From positions 800,001 to 864,000 of the forward strand of contig CAWDXE010000007.1 of NCBI GenBank assembly GCA_963806185.1: a DNA stretch of 64,000 bases, read 5' to 3'. Positions 63,104 through 64,000 of this stretch are shown here, piece after piece; position 1 is the stretch's first letter, and every line of letters begins with the position of its first letter. A model generated the notes under the pieces. The model saw only the letters and a program-made list of their open reading frames with translations. It ran no database searches and was not told the origin of the DNA. The position numbers were made by a program, and so were the translations under genes. This DNA comes from an uncultured candidate division Zixibacteria bacterium. GTDB lineage: Bacteria; Zixibacteria; MSB-5A5; GN15; FEB-12.

Positions 63104-64000
63104 ATGATCCTCGGCTCACTGGTAAAGATCTCGTTTGACGCCCTGTGGGTGAACAAACTGCGTTCCGGTCTGACTCTGCTCGGCATTCTGATCGGTGTCA
63201 CGTCGGTGATGACGATCGTCTCCGCCCTGGAGGGTATGTCGGATGCCATCAAGCGCGATCTGGAATCGATGGGCCCGAGTACGTTCATGGTCATGAAGAT
63301 GGGCATTGTCACCTCGGACGAAATGTGGTGGGACAAGGTCAAGCGCAAACCGATCAACATGAAGTCGGTCGAACTGGTCGAAGCCGGGTGTACCCTGTGT
63401 GAGAAGATCGCTCCTCGCGCGTTCCAGGGGGCGAATGTCAAATACCGCAACGAAACGCTCCACGACGTCTTCGTTATCGGCAGCACTTCCAACTACGTCG
63501 ATATCGTCGATCTGGAAGTGGCTCAGGGGCGGTTCCACGCCTCTGAAGATGATCTCTACCGCCGCAATGTCGTTTTTGTGGGCGATCAGATTCGCGAGAC
63601 CTTCTTCGAGGGTCTCGATCCTCTGGGCAAGGAAATCCGCCTGGACGATCAGAAGTACACCGTCATAGGTGTGGCCAAGAAGCAGGGATCGACTTTTGGA
63701 GATAATCAGGACAATTTTGTGGTCATCCCGCTGAATTCCTTCTTCAAGCAGTTCGGCGAACCGCGCCGCCGCGGCATCAATATGGTGGTCAAGGCGGTGT
63801 CGGTTGAGCGAATGGGTGAGGCCCAGGACCAGGTGCGGGCCATCCTCCGGGCGCAGCGCCACGTGCCGTTTAATGCCGAGGACGATTTCGACATGCTGAC
63901 TGCCGACAATATCCTCGAGGTTCTCAATTCGATCACCAAAGTGCTCCGCTGGGGCCTGATCGGTATTTCGTCCATTTCTCTGGTGGTGGGCGGCATTGTC
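63104..64000 (+). CDS. MacB/YknZ-like ABC permease, 3'-truncated by the window edge
   Basis: Not in the ORF track because no stop is reached; reads MILGSLVKISFDALWVNKLRSGLTLLGILIGVTSV...ISSISLVVGGIV. Confidence 0.9.
   Translation, partial: MILGSLVKISFDALWVNKLRSGLTLLGILIGVTSVMTIVSALEGMSDAIKRDLESMGPSTFMVMKMGIVTSDEMWWDKVKRKPINMKSVELVEAGCTLCEKIAPRAFQGANVKYRNETLHDVFVIGSTSNYVDIVDLEVAQGRFHASEDDLYRRNVVFVGDQIRETFFEGLDPLGKEIRLDDQKYTVIGVAKKQGSTFGDNQDNFVVIPLNSFFKQFGEPRRRGINMVVKAVSVERMGEAQDQVRAILRAQRHVPFNAEDDFDMLTADNILEVLNSITKVLRWGLIGISSISLVVGGIV

Overview
A gene-dense, GC-rich bacterial chromosomal segment with no phage, IS or CRISPR array. A secreted protein with Cys-flanked dockerin-like repeats and a FlgD/T9SS-like C-terminal domain suggests an FCB-associated anaerobe such as candidate division Zixibacteria (inference). 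In order, the window holds: the tail of a glycosylation locus (GT2, GT4, cupin, GT39/ArnT-like, DUF4038); a long OmpA protein; a four-gene ECF sigma / soluble zinc anti-sigma-like / TPR-CHAT protease / giant secreted S8 protease module; GNAT; tRNA-Leu(CAA); PBP1A; tyrS; TPR and Ig-like lipoprotein genes; MscS; an OmpA lipoprotein; an ATPase-less sugar ABC transporter; a DUF6754 four-gene membrane operon ending in an unannotated 45-aa Zn-ribbon ORF; DUF72 and a NatAB-like ABC; an S11 peptidase; a frameshifted lipoprotein among REP-like hairpins; deoB-deoC-small Zn protein-degenerate archaemetzincin-MrfA/DUF1998 helicase; a second ECF/anti-sigma pair with a SigW-type promoter motif that recurs before three other units; MFS; tRNA-Ala(GGC); a four-repeat secreted protein; pepA; TolB-like; rrf2-dcd-nifJ; cobO; trxB; and a YIP1-TolC-MacAB-type exporter. 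Single-base frameshifts in deoB, pepA and one membrane gene, and many in nifJ, look like long-read consensus errors. The best candidates for undescribed systems are the CRISPR-independent sigma/anti-sigma/CHAT/S8 module, the DUF6754 membrane complex and the pseudo-archaemetzincin/helicase operon.
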